Below, in pieces: positions 1-12,784 of a stretch of DNA of 64,000 nt (position 1 is the stretch's first letter; every line of letters begins with the position of its first letter). The translations under genes were made by a program, and so were the position numbers. The notes beneath the pieces were generated by a model. The model did not search any database. It had not been told where the DNA came from and saw nothing but the letters and a program-made list of their open reading frames with translations. This stretch comes from Octopus sinensis. Taxonomy: Eukaryota. The stretch is from positions 1 to 64,000 of the forward strand of contig NW_021824837.1 in assembly GCF_006345805.1 (NCBI RefSeq), given 5' to 3'.

Positions 1-135
1 TCTTTCGCCTTTGCCAAAAGGTCTGCAAGGTACCAGCAAGCCTCAAGAGACACACACTTGTCCATAGAACATGATTAACGCTAAATTTTACTGAACCTTC
101 ATTTGTCGTTAACGACAAGAGAATCCATCACGTAC

Positions 136-154
136 CACACACACACACACACAC

Positions 155-210
<56 letters not shown>
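136..210. repeat. (CA)n microsatellite
   Basis: Direct reading. One of dozens of (CA)n, (TA)n, (TATC)n, (CATA)n, (GA)n and trinucleotide tracts that explain most of the ORF track. Confidence 0.95.
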
Positions 211-211
<1 letters not shown>

Positions 212-1466
212 TCATGCATGATTTTAATAACTATGCGTCGAGCAGTCAAAAGTTCAGAAGGAATTTTCTTCGTCTTTGTAGAAATCTAATTCCAATTTTA
301 CGTCAATAATTCAATGCAGATACATATAAGATATATTCTGTACAAGGCGTGTTCTCTAGACTTTTATTCTTTCGTTTATAAAATCATTTATATGTTTATA
401 TATAATAACTCTCAGACATACACGCACACATTCACGTAGACACACTCACTCAAAGGAATCAGGTGACGAAAGAAATAAGGAAGGAACAATTTATTATTAA
501 ACAAAGATACAAACATACCTCACATATACAAAAAAACATACCTACACGCACACGTATGCAAACGCTTACACACGAACAATAACACCGACATTTTCACAAG
601 AAAACACACGCAAAATTTTTGTAATTGAATGCAAAGATGGAAAACTAAATTTTAAAATTTTTAATGAAATATCCCCCATTTTCTTCAGCCAAACAAACAT
701 TTCATTCACAATAGATATTCTTCTCAATAACAGAACCATATTTAATTGTTCGTTTCTGAATTTTCTTTCTTTCCAACCCATCGTATTCTGTGTTTGTTTC
801 TCACCAAAACTTTACCAGTCTCAAAATCGTTCGTCTCTAGCATTCTTCTACTTCATTTGACTGAAAAATTCAAACTTCATTCACTACGAATCTCAATGCC
901 TTTTCTTTTCATTTTTTTTTTAAGAACTTGTTTTCGTATTTCTGTTTTAATTCTTTTCAGTATTTCTTTACACTTTCACCAGTGTCGACGCCTCATCATC
1001 ACCATTGTGAGAATGAAAATCCACCGACGACACACTGCTGTCACCACGAATACCACAAAGAGGTAATACCTCAGTGCGTGTTGTGAATTTGCGCATGCGT
1101 TAGTGCAGATGTGCATACACACGCACACGCACACGCAAACACACTCACACACACACAAACCCACACAGACACACGCAAGCACACACATATACATGCATGT
1201 ATGAGTGAATTTGAGTATGTCCAATGAAAGGAAAATACATACGTACAGACATACACATACTCATATATATATATATATAGATATATATATATATAAATAT
1301 TTATATATACATGCGTATATGTGTCTGTGTGTGCGTCTGTGAGTATGTGTCCGCGTGTGCGTGATTGTCTGTACGGACGTACTTGTTTCCCTTTTCATTG
1401 GATTATACACACATAAACTCACACACGTCTTATTTTTTCCTTCTTAATCCCCTTCCCTATTTCCTA

Positions 1467-1548
<82 letters not shown>

Positions 1549-1880
1549 ATAATAATAATACTGGTTCTTTCTCATCATCATCATCATCAACATTATGATA
1601 TTTGCTTTTTGTTCTATTTATTATTTTTTTTTTCTTTTTAATACCAATGTTAGCTTTTGCCTGGCAACATTTTCTGAGCTGAATGTTGATGAAAACAGGA
1701 CTGTTGAAAACAATTTTTTGACTTTCCATCGGAGTTTGCTCCTTCTATTGTCTTATGGCTGTTTCTAAACATACTCTAACTGAGTGGAACTGAGTGGAAT
1801 ACACAAATTAACGCATTCTGTCGTCACAATTTCACGTCGCTAGATATCACTATGCTTATGTATATATAAAAACGTGTGTG

Positions 1881-1948
<68 letters not shown>

Positions 1949-2134
1949 TATATGTATATGTATGTATATATATATGTGTGTGCGTGTGTGTCTGTGTGTG
2001 TGTGTACAAACATGCACTCACACACACTGACAAACATGCGTGTGCACACACACTAATATATAAGTACGAACATACATTTATAAATACATACATATATAGA
2101 TATATTTGTATAAATATATATGCCTGTGCATGTA

Positions 2135-2174
<40 letters not shown>

Positions 2175-2176
2175 AT

Positions 2177-2211
<35 letters not shown>

Positions 2212-2245
2212 TGAATAGAAAATAGATATGTATATGAGCTGTGGT

Positions 2246-2279
<34 letters not shown>

Positions 2280-2545
2280 TCGCGTCATCTATTTATGCAT
2301 TTTGTATAATTTCCATTATATATTATATGTATATGTATTCACAGAAACAGGAAAACACTATCCATATCTGGAAATTTCTCTTTTTTTATATATATTACAT
2401 GCACAACACACACACACACATACACACACACAGAGACTCGCACAAATATTTACACCCACAACATACACTCAAATCATATAACGTAATGGAGGCATACATA
2501 GATGCATACGCATTATATATATATACATATATATATATAATATAT

Positions 2546-2580
<35 letters not shown>

Positions 2581-2807
2581 GGCGACAAGGCATATGTTTG
2601 TGAATATATGTGTATATGTATGAGTGGCCAAATAATACATGCATTTTATTTATGCCTCTGTTCAATTTCTTTGAGCATTCGAAAAAGGCATCTATGTAAA
2701 TTTTACGTATTTAGGTTTCTTATTTTGGCATGTGTCTACTTTAATATTTACAATTATCTAGCTTCTGTCTATCTATCTATCTATCTATCTATCTATCATC
2801 TATTTAT

Positions 2808-3064
2808 CAACGAAGGCTTTTCATTATCCTTGTGGCTATGGCTGTCTGGTGACGCGTCTGAAAGGATTGGAGAAAACACTTTCCTTCTGGTCAATCTCTC
2901 ATCAACTTCTCAGTACACTTGAAAGGAAAGTGAGAGGCTAGAGCCAGTTTTGTCTAGCGAATGTTTCAAAAAAGATGGTGAATGTAGCAAGAATGGCACG
3001 TATGATGACGAGCCACCTTGACATAGTCTATGACCCAGAAATCGAAAACAGGAGTTGTTGTTGC

Positions 3065-3096
<32 letters not shown>

Positions 3097-3408
3097 ATGT
3101 GACTCATTGACCGAGGTTACCGTGGTCTTTTCCGCAGGCTTTCTTTCCACGGGTAAACCTCCCTGTCCTCCCCTTTACACTTCATATGACATGTCTGTGA
3201 TAACGATCTCTATTGATCATTTTTCTTCCTCCTCTTTTTTTTTTTTTTTTACCCCCTTATTTTTGTCCTCTTCTCTCCTTACGATCCTTTTGATCGAACT
3301 CCCCCTTCCCTTTTTTTTTTTTTTTTTTTTTTTTTTTACTCTTCAAAAGAAAAGCTCTACCTTGTAATTTGTTCTATCTGTGTGCGCCTGGGTGGCTATA
3401 AAAAACAT
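2808..3408 (+). mobile_element. 5'-truncated Tx1/L1-like non-LTR retrotransposon 3' end, embedded in (TATC)n
   Basis: Frameshifted C-terminal remnant (..TRLKGLEK..GQSLINF..LKGK..VLSSECFKK..VNVARMARM) followed by a 3' UTR (ttacgatccttttgatc..aaaagctctaccttgtaa) also found at 57600-57730. Both copies are flanked by (TATC)n. Clade assignment is from recalled similarity. Confidence 0.65.
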
Positions 3409-3488
3409 ATCTATCTATTTATCTATCATCTATCTATCTATCTAGCTATCTATCTATCTATCATCTATCTACCTAACTATTATCTATC

Positions 3489-3534
<46 letters not shown>

Positions 3535-3604
3535 ACTTAAACATCTGTGTCTCCCTTTATTCATACATTGTCTATATACATACACATTTACATATATATG
3601 CATA

Positions 3605-4162
3605 TCTATTATATAAAATCCGTTCTGTTTGTCTGTGTGTCTTCTCGGATCTCGGGCATCCTCCATCTCATTGCGCTCAAATTTTATATGTAGATACCAA
3701 CGGTATCAGGGCGTGAATAAGGTTTCAAAAAAATTACAAAAATCGATTCCAGGTGAGAATGCGATCGATAAAGCCGTGGGAACGTGCATTTGTACGCGTA
3801 AGTACATCAGCTGTTGCAATCGATACTACGCGTGCGCGAGAAAAATACACGTGTAGTTAGCGTTAAAAAGGCCTGCTGGCTTGAAATAATGCCAAAAAAT
3901 GCAGTATAGTTTAGAGACTAAAAAAGTAAGATGCAAAAGAGATATTTTCTTCAAACTCGGCATGAAGGAAGGAAAGACTATTTGGTTTCTCAAGAAGTTT
4001 TTTTTCTTTTTTTTTTTGCCTTAACTTCGTTTAACAAAACCAAAAATTTTATTGAAATAAAGGCATGCTTAGTTATTTTTTTAATGAAAAGAAAACACCG
4101 ATTGCTTTTTATTCAGCAGATATGATTCAGCACCGTCCATTGGACGGAGGGCGTTTTGCTCG
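3605..4162 (+). mobile_element. Non-autonomous Helitron-like element
   Basis: 5' TCTATTATATAAAA..ctgtttgtctgtgtgtc start, subterminal hairpin CCGTCCA-t-TGGACGG (4133-4147), end CTCG (CTRR-like), inserted between A and T. Confidence 0.7.
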
Positions 4163-4482
4163 TACATACATATACATACACACACACATATACATGTGTG
4201 TGTGTGTGCGCGCGCAAAATGCATTCTATAAATTTCGAAACTGTCCTAGATTATTGTAATATTAGTACATCATACTATGCACCGAATAAGCTGACCTGCC
4301 AACTTTTATTATTCTAGGACTTAGAACACACCCTAGTAGACACCGCTTCTCACAGTTCTATCCCGGTAAGCAACGTCTTGAGAGAGATGGACATCAAAAC
4401 TGTCCCTCACTGTCTCTCACTGTCCCTACAGTGTAGACTTTGTTCTGTGTGATTTTTAGTTGTTCCCCAAGTTGAAGGAGAA

Positions 4483-4680
4483 TGGAGGCGCGTGTTGGAT
4501 TCATGATTATAAGATTGTGGTTTTGATTCCTTGACGGGGCGACGTGTTGTGTTCTTGAGCAAAACACTTCATTTCACGTTGCTGTAGTTCACTCAGCAGG
4601 CAAAAATCAGTAATCCTATCCTGCGATGGACCAACGTCACGTCTAGGTGGGGAATTTACACGTCATGATTCGAGAAAGTA
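4483..4680 (+). mobile_element. tRNA-derived SINE family D (diverged)
   Basis: tggaggcgcg head, then gtgttgtgttcttgagcaaaacacttcatttcacgttgct, shared with 45179-45515. Confidence 0.7.
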
Positions 4681-4735
4681 ACTTTTTACTTTCAGTTGAT
4701 GGAGAACCTCGGGGAAAGTCGTTTTAAGGACACAG

Positions 4736-4771
<36 letters not shown>

Positions 4772-4890
4772 CAATTTAGGAATGGCCTAAACAGGCCATT
4801 CGTCCACCAGAAAGAGCAGCCAGAACTCAAACCGCCAAGTAGTGCAATTCGGAAATAAGGTGAAAATTTAAAAACGTTTACCCTAATTCA

Positions 4891-4991
4891 TCTTTTATAC
4901 GATGCATCGTTTCGGTGTTTTTAATGATAGACCAGCTTAATTAAATTAAATTAAGCTAGTCTACCATAGGTCACACTTCATCAGTAAAAGA
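4891..4991 (-). ncRNA. Type I hammerhead ribozyme motif (copy 1)
   Basis: Minus strand: TCTTTTA-CTGATGA-long stem II-GAAA-CGATGCATCG-TA-TAAAAGA. Confidence 0.85.
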
Positions 4992-5365
4992 AACCTGGGA
5001 GAGACGAATATACACGAGGCGACTGTATCAATGCCTCGGGAATATCTGTCTTAAAATTTTCAAGACCAACGCATTCGCGCCAAACTTATCGGCAGCAAAT
5101 ATAAACTGCCGATTCAATCTCAGAATTAGTCAGAAAATTATCAATTAATCAATTTAGGGTAGCAAAAAATTCAGTAAAAATTTATCGCTACCAGCGGCCT
5201 AGTGGAAAAGAGAAAATAGTCAAAGACTAAATATATATAAATATAACAATTTAGGAATGGCCTAAACAGGCCATTCGTCCACCAGAAAGAGCAGCCAGAA
5301 CTCAAACCGCCAAGTAGTGCAATTCGGAAATAAGGTGAAAATTTAAAAACGTTTACCCTAATTCA

Positions 5366-5466
5366 TCTTTTATACGATGCATCGTTTCGGTGTTTTTAAT
5401 GATAGACCAGCTTAATTAAATTAAATTAAGCTAGTCTACCATAGGTCACACTTCATCAGTAAAAGA
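5366..5466 (-). ncRNA. Type I hammerhead ribozyme motif (copy 2)
   Basis: Same as copy 1, offset by 475 nt. Confidence 0.85.
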
Positions 5467-5705
5467 AACCTGGGAGAGACGAATATACACGAGGCGACTG
5501 TATCAATGCCTCGGGAATATCTGTCTTAAAATTTTCAAGACCAACGCATTCGCGCCAAACTTATTGACTAATTCTGAGATTGAATCGGCAGTTTATATTT
5601 GCTGCCGATAAGTTTGGCGCGAATGCGTTGGTCTTGAAAATTTTAAGACAGATATTCCCGAGGCATTGATACAGTCGCCTCGTGTATATTCGTCTCTCCC
5701 AGGTT

Positions 5706-5806
5706 TCTTTTACTGATGAAGTGTGACCAATGGTAGACTAGCTTAATTTAATTTAATTAAGCTGGTCTATCATTAAAAACACCGAAACGATGCATCGTAT
5801 AAAAGA
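5706..5806 (+). ncRNA. Type I hammerhead ribozyme motif (copy 3)
   Basis: Stem I TCTTTTA (5706-12)/TAAAAGA (5800-06), core CTGATGA 5713-19, GAAA 5784-87, palindromic stem III CGATGCATCG, GUA cleavage triplet ending 5799. Confidence 0.85.
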
Positions 5807-6050
5807 TGAATTAGGGTAACGTTTTTAAATTTTCACCTTATTTCCGAATTGCACTACTTGGCGTTTGAGTTCTGGCTGCTCTTTCTGGTGGACGAATGGC
5901 CTGTTTTAGGCCATTCCTAAATTGTTATATTTATATATTTAGTCTTTGACTATTTCTCTTTTCCACTAGGCCGCTGGTAGCGATAAATTTTTACTGAATT
6001 TTTTGCTACCCTAAATTGATTAATTGGAGATATATATATATATATATATA

Positions 6051-6106
<56 letters not shown>

Positions 6107-6270
6107 GTAAGTTGAATATGTATGTATGTATATATATACACATGCATATACAAATGCATACACACATGTATACATATATGCATACATGCATACATACACA
6201 CACATATACATTCTTACGTAAGTACATGCATATAAACCGATGTGTTTACAGATGTGGGTGTGGGGAGTGG

Positions 6271-6471
6271 GCGCATGCACGCGTTATAAAACCGGAAGTG
6301 TAACTAGATTCTCTATGAATTTTGTTTCTATGACGGAAGAGCTATCAATTTTTAAGATGCTGAGACAATTGCTTGAGTCGAAGTTTGCGCATGGTCGCCG
6401 ATGCAATTCTTGTTAATTGTATGTGCTTCCAGTGGTAATTCTTATGGATTCTCACTTCTTCTCCTTCTTTG

Positions 6472-6503
<32 letters not shown>

Positions 6504-6670
6504 GAAAGAGAGAGAGAAAGAGAGAGAGTGACAAACAGAGAATAAGAAAGGTGAGGAGAGAGAAGATGTCTCCATGAAGACTATGAGTCAGCCATCTTGT
6601 TACTGAAAGTTGGCTTGCTTCAGTATTTCCAATATATGCGACGTTTGCACAGGGAAACGTATTTTCCCCA
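6271..6670. promoter_or_regulatory. Candidate promoter/enhancer island
   Basis: GCGCATGCAC (NRF1-like), TATAAAA, ACCGGAAGTG (ETS), TGAGTCA (AP-1) and GCCATCTTG (YY1) clustered in unique sequence between microsatellites. Confidence 0.35.
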
Positions 6671-6701
6671 CATCACACAACTTACTCTCGTATATATATA
6701 T

Positions 6702-6751
<50 letters not shown>

Positions 6752-7117
6752 GCATGTGAAGGTGTATATGTGTACACAATAACAAACGATGCTGTAAGCA
6801 AGCAAACATGCATGTGCAGGAATAGATGTGTGTACATGCGTATTAATACGGTTATTCTATGTGTGTAAGTATGCATGTATGTTCTGCTTCTATATTCTGA
6901 ATTGCTCAGCAATGAAAGAATGGAAGAAGATCCAGTTCCCTAACCTTGAAACAGGTCGGCCATTGAGATTTTGGCATTAACGGGGTTGTCGCTTATGAAT
7001 ATATGTACATGTATATGTGGATGTGTGTGTGTATATGTATATGTGAGTATGTGTGTAGATAAGCATATATGTTCGTATATATGTACTAACATAAGCATGA
7101 GAGCATGCTTGGATGGT

Positions 7118-7158
<41 letters not shown>

Positions 7159-9046
7159 AACTTTTCACGTATGTTTGTATATGGCTGTATATACATACAT
7201 GTTTGTATTTGGAATATTTTATGAATATACGCACTTATTATATGCTAAACTTCTGCAATGTTTAACAATTTTTTAAAGTGATTTTAATAGCTTGTAGCTG
7301 TATGTAATGTATGTTATGTATGTATGTATGTATGTATGTATGCTTGTATACATATATGTAGGTTTACTCTATTTTATTTATTTTTTTAATTTTAGAGTTT
7401 TTTATGACCTACCCAACGTCAATATTTTAAAGAAAATGTCTAAGAATAGTTTGTTGTCACATTGCGCCATCACCCATTCTCCAAATTTTGAGATCTTACG
7501 GATTATAATTGTTTTATATACTATGATTTTCTTTTGTTTATAATTATGGCGTTACGCTTTTCTCCAAGGAATTGGTACATATTCTGTTGCTCTAGTATTT
7601 ATATGTATAAATTCAAAAATATATTGAGTACTGGGTCTGTAGTATCAATCATAGATGCTTTGTCTCGTTAATTTTCATGGCCTCAAAGACAAAACATATT
7701 TCTGGTCTGTGTGGTCCGAAACCACAATATTATGTCGAAGTCTTTTTATAAATTTCTTAACATTTTTATTCTTAGTTCCCAAGAATATTCTTTTGATCGA
7801 CTTGTTTATTATTATTTATTATTTTTTCTTCAAAACTGCTCGGGTTGTATGTCACGCGTTATGGGAAGTTAGTGTTTGGCGAATATTTTCTCACACTTGT
7901 TAATTAAGTGGCTAATATATTCAATATTGATTTTGCATTATCTACATTTTTTTGTTAACTGATACACCTTTTCTGTAGAAGTCTTCTTATTTCTGAATTA
8001 CAGCGGTTACCTTTAAAGTAAAATATACATTTATCAGTTCTCCATATTGAGCTTTTAGCAATGATTAATACATTTATGATCTGTGATTTTCGTTTTAAGT
8101 ACCCATGCACACTTGTTCAGTAAACTTATCCAGTTTTTTTCTTAGTTGTGTTAAGTACGATTTTCCACTTTTCGTAGGAGAGAGGTTTATCGGCTATTAT
8201 TTCCTGTCTCTCCTCAAATTCATCAGTTATCTTAATAATGCTTTTATTTTATCCTCCCATACTTAGGAATCATTTTCATCTCTGCTGGAAATGTTGTTTC
8301 AGTGCTATGATCGGCGGCTTAAAAGATGTTACTATTTATTTAATGAACCCAGCTTGTCTCATTTCTGGAGGTATATAATCTCTCTACATCTCCATTGATC
8401 TTCAAATTTCCAGCCCCCACGATTTTCCCTAACAGCCAAATTTTGTATTTAACACACATTATTACAAATCAATAAAACTTATATCAGGACACTATAGGAT
8501 AACATAAAACTCAAACGAACAGTTACATTAAATATGTCTGATCGACCTGCTAAAAAAAAAATAGAAACCAGTATTAAGAAACAAAATATCAACCAAGTAA
8601 ATTTGAATCAATTTAATTCAATATACAATTATTGATCTTTATTTCAATAATGTTTTACATTTTGCAGAATAAATTCTTTCATAATCATTTACGTCGTATA
8701 TGTGTTGTCACGTAGCCAAGTCAGTCTGTACCAACTAATGATGTAACGTTAGTTGGTAAATTGAAGAAAGGACAGCAGTGAATAACATTTGAATTTCGAA
8801 TCTTCTTTTCAATATAATAACGGATATTTTTCATGAATATATATTGAAATTGAACTGCTTAGAATTTCACTAATCCTTTTAGACTGACCCAACTGGTTTC
8901 CTTGCCATAATTGATATCCCCATATGCATACATACATACATACATACATACATACATACATACATACATACATACATACATACATACATACATACATACA
9001 TACATACATACATACATACATACATACAGCAGGTATAGAGGCAATA

Positions 9047-9277
9047 AGGCGGCGAGCTGGCAGAAACGTTAGCACGCCGGGCGGAAAGCGTAGCCGTATT
9101 TCGTCTGCCGTTACGTTCTGAGTTCAAATTCCGCCGAGGTCGACTTTGCCTTTCATCCTTTCGGGGTCGATAAATTAAGTACCAGTTACGCACTGGGGTC
9201 GATGTAATCGACTTAATACCTATGTATGTCCTTGTTTGTCCCCTCTGTGTTTAGCCCCTTGTGGGTAATAAAGAAAT
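9047..9277 (+). mobile_element. tRNA-derived SINE family A, full length
   Basis: ggcggcgagctggcagaa..gagttcaaattcc (A/B boxes), A-rich tail, 15-bp TSD aggtatagaggcaat (9031-9045/9278-9292). Confidence 0.9.
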
Positions 9278-9595
9278 AGGTATAGAGGCAATTATGCGGA
9301 TAATGCTGCTAAGCATTTTGTCCGATGTGCTAACGATTCTCTAGGCACGCGTCCCTTTTTAGTAACTTGCCAGCTGAATCCTTGAGTTTCCTTCGCTTTA
9401 CTTTTATCTTATTTTCGGATAGTTGCGCAATCAAATTTTGGGACACATAATTCTTTCCGTCGTTATTCTTACACTTTTCATGTTCCTTCATTTAACTTCT
9501 CAAACTCCAACCTCTATCTCATTCTTACTCTCTCTCCCCTCGTCGTTCAACCTTGTCGTTCAACTCGGTCTATAACGACGAGTATTAGTGATTGG

Positions 9596-9960
9596 TGGAG
9601 GCGCAATGGCCCAGTGGTTAGGGCAGCGGACTCGCGGTCATAGGATCGGGCGTTATGAGTGTTTATTGAGCGAAAACACCTAAAAGCTCCACGGTGCTCC
9701 GGCAGGGGATGGTGGTGATTCCTGCTGTACTCTTTCACCACAACTTTCTCTCACTCTTACTTCCTGTTTCTGTTGTACCTGTATTTCAAGGGGCCAGCCT
9801 TGTCACTCTCTGTGTCACGCTGAATATCCCCGAGAACTACGTTAAGGGTGCACGTGTCTGTGGAGTGCTCAGCCACTTACACGTTAATTTCACGAGCAAG
9901 CTGTTCCGTTGATTCGGATCAACCGGAACCCTCATCGTCGTAACCGACGGAGTGCTTCCA
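9596..9960 (+). mobile_element. tRNA-derived SINE family C
   Basis: tggcccagtggttagggcagcggactcgcgg head, TSD attagtgattg, near-identical copy at 44791-45101 (-). Confidence 0.88.
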
Positions 9961-10139
9961 AAAATTAGTGATTGATTGCCCTTTCTCTTCTCTATGTCAC
10001 AACCAACGTCCAACTTCATACCGCTCTATCTCTATAGAGCGCTCTCTCTCCAATCTTTATACCGCTTTATTTCCTTATTCTCTTCTTTGTGAACAATGGT
10101 GAATTTCCCTCTCCGTCATTCCCCCTCTCTTTATATATT

Positions 10140-10320
10140 TTATGTGTACCAGTAATTGGACTGCGGTCATGCTAGGTTACCGCCTCGACGGTTTTAATCG
10201 AACAAATCGACCACATTTCTTGTTTGTAACGCTGGTGCTTATGCTTCAAGCTCTTTCGCCAAATCCCCAAGTAACGGGGACGCAAACAAACCTGCACCAG
10301 TCATCAAACGGTAGTGGGAA
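10140..10320 (-). mobile_element. SINE family B 3' fragment (diverged)
   Basis: Similar to the 3' half of the full copies such as 20495-20900. Confidence 0.6.
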
Positions 10321-10822
10321 ATAAACTTCGCAAAAACACACATGCAAACGTGAGTTTTATTGAACTCTACTTTTTGGAGTTTCGTTCTGATTACTTTCTC
10401 AAATACTTTCTTGTAAACTGTTTTTAGCATTTTCTTATTATTATCAAAGAATGTATCTCTGTTTTTTAATACATTTGTGATAACCAGTACTTAACACAAC
10501 AAAGGTTATACAAAGCTTTACATTTTACTTTTGACAATCTTTTTCTAAAAAAGTGAAAACGGTCAAGTGAATAAACATCTTTAAAATTGCATTTTCAAAC
10601 CTTCTTTCATATATATTCCACACGTACTTTGAAATTTGAAAACTGAATTTGAAAACTCCATTAGAGTGGACGAAAGCGCTAATATGTGATATATGATTTA
10701 TAAAAACATGTAATATACTAGTAAATATCTGTAAATATAAAACTATCGAGATTTCTGAGTACCTCATTTCTTCTAATATATATTAGCTGTACATCATCTC
10801 CAAACCTTCTAATATATATATA

Positions 10823-10887
<65 letters not shown>

Positions 10888-10953
10888 TATATATATATAT
10901 ATATATATATACATACATAGATATACATATATACATATATATATATATACACG

Positions 10954-10994
<41 letters not shown>

Positions 10995-11034
10995 ATATAT
11001 ATACATATATATATATATATATACATATATATAT

Positions 11035-11154
11035 TGGCCTGCTTGCTTAGCCAGCGGGATGGCGTCATTTGAAGGCTAAAACGATGCGAAGCGCATTGTG
11101 ACCAGCGATATGTAGCAACATCTGATAGCCTGGTCGGTCACTGTGATAACGGTG

Positions 11155-11156
<2 letters not shown>
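11035..11156 (+). mobile_element. Short retroposon 3'-tail-like fragment in (TA)n
   Basis: GC-richer island of about 120 bp ending in a short repeat (gtgat), flanked by (TA)n. Family not identified. Confidence 0.35.
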
Positions 11157-11217
<61 letters not shown>

Positions 11218-12279
11218 ATATATATATATAAAGAGTGAGAGAAAGAAAGAAAGAAGAAAGAAAGAAAGAGACAGAGACAGACAGACGTATGCATGCTCAT
11301 CTCTCAACTTGGCTCTTACTATCTCTCTTCTCACCTATGTTCATTTCTGCCTTTGTACTCTTTCTCTCAACCTCTTAATCTCATTCTTTCTCTTCTGATG
11401 AAGTAGGTAAAATAGGTGACTGGGTATTATCTAGCATTATACACGATGATGTGCGTGTGTGTGCATTTGTATTTTTGTTTGGGTATGTGAATAATTATGC
11501 ATACTGGTGCAGGGGTGGAGGAAAAGGAAAATGGAGAGAGACATTTTAATAACTACACATATCTGAATGAGATGTGTAATTTTGCGGCTTCATACACACA
11601 TACGCACAACACACACACACTCACGCAAACACTCACACACTATCTCACACGCACATACTTTCTCTGTCTCACGCACACTAACACATACATTTACTCTCTC
11701 AAAAATATATCCCTCTCACATACACTCACTCACTCCACGCAAATATATACATACACATTCTTCTACTTTCACTTTCTCTTTCACTTTCTCTCACTTTCTC
11801 TCTCTCTCTCTCTCTCTTTGTATCTCTCGTGCACGCACACTCACACACACACACGTACGCACACACATACACAGCAACAGCAGAGACACAGTGTCTATGA
11901 GTTAATTGCAATGTTCTCCCGTGTTCCGCTATCTGCAATTATATGCTGTCTATAAATACGCGCCGTGTGCGTGCAACACATTTTAATTTCGTTTATCCTT
12001 CCTCATCATCATCATCATCATTACCATCATCATTGTCCTCATCATCATCATCGTTATCATCATCATTATCATCATCATTGTCATCATCATCGTTATCATC
12101 ATCATTATCGTTATCATCACTATCGTTATCATCATCATCGGCACAATAATTAGCCGGCCTTCTCTCTCTCTCTCTCTGTCTGTGTTTCTCTTTCTCTCTC
12201 ATTCTCTCTCTTCTCCTCAATTTGTAAACCTGAAAATTTCGCAGGGCTACTTGTCACTTTTGTGAAGAGAAAAAAAGAA

Positions 12280-12333
<54 letters not shown>

Positions 12334-12629
12334 TTATAGTAGAGAAAGATAATGTTTTTGTGTGCGGGAAAGGGTGATAGAGAGAGAGAAACAGAGAGCG
12401 TTTGTGTACGTACTTGAGTGATCGTGTGTATATGTAATTGGAAGAAGGAATGTGCGTGGGTGTGTGTGTGTGTGTGTCTGCGTGTGTGTGATAGAGAAAG
12501 AGAGAGAGAGTGAGGAAAAAGAGAGAGCGTGGGAGTAAGTGTGTGAGAGAGAAAAAAATTGTGCGTGCGTGGGAGATTGTGTGTATGTATGTGAGAGAGT
12601 ACGAATGTGTGTGTGTAAGTGTGTGAGAG

Positions 12630-12702
<73 letters not shown>

Positions 12703-12711
12703 TAGATAAAT

Positions 12712-12760
<49 letters not shown>

Positions 12761-12784
12761 GAGACGGGGATGTTTGTGTATTCT

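Larger units (their letters stand above)
4771..6025. mobile_element. Retrozyme/Penelope pLTR-like array: 475-bp unit, about 1.7 tandem copies plus one inverted, circularly permuted copy
   Basis: 4771-5245 repeats at 5246-5564 (period 475). 5565-6025 is the reverse complement. Each unit carries a hammerhead. Flanked by (TA)n on both sides. Confidence 0.85.

Noticed and set aside
1050-1080. miRNA-like sequence around GAGGTAATACCTC
   Set aside because: Only a short hairpin, with no exact match to a mature miRNA I recognise and no pre-miRNA-length stem.
7380-8460. Possible degraded Polinton/polB-like coding remnant on the minus strand (RATEYVPIP..AII)
   Set aside because: Only a faint motif amid many stops. 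Cannot be supported without a translated profile search.
9596-9660. tRNA gene-like heads (also 45179, 9047, 20495)
   Set aside because: They continue into multi-copy SINE bodies with TSDs and lack a complete cloverleaf.
11395-11420. Isolated CTGATGA/CTGAAGA heptamers (also about 16310, 26945, 38699, 49615, 59853)
   Set aside because: No accompanying GAAA and stems in either canonical or rearranged order.
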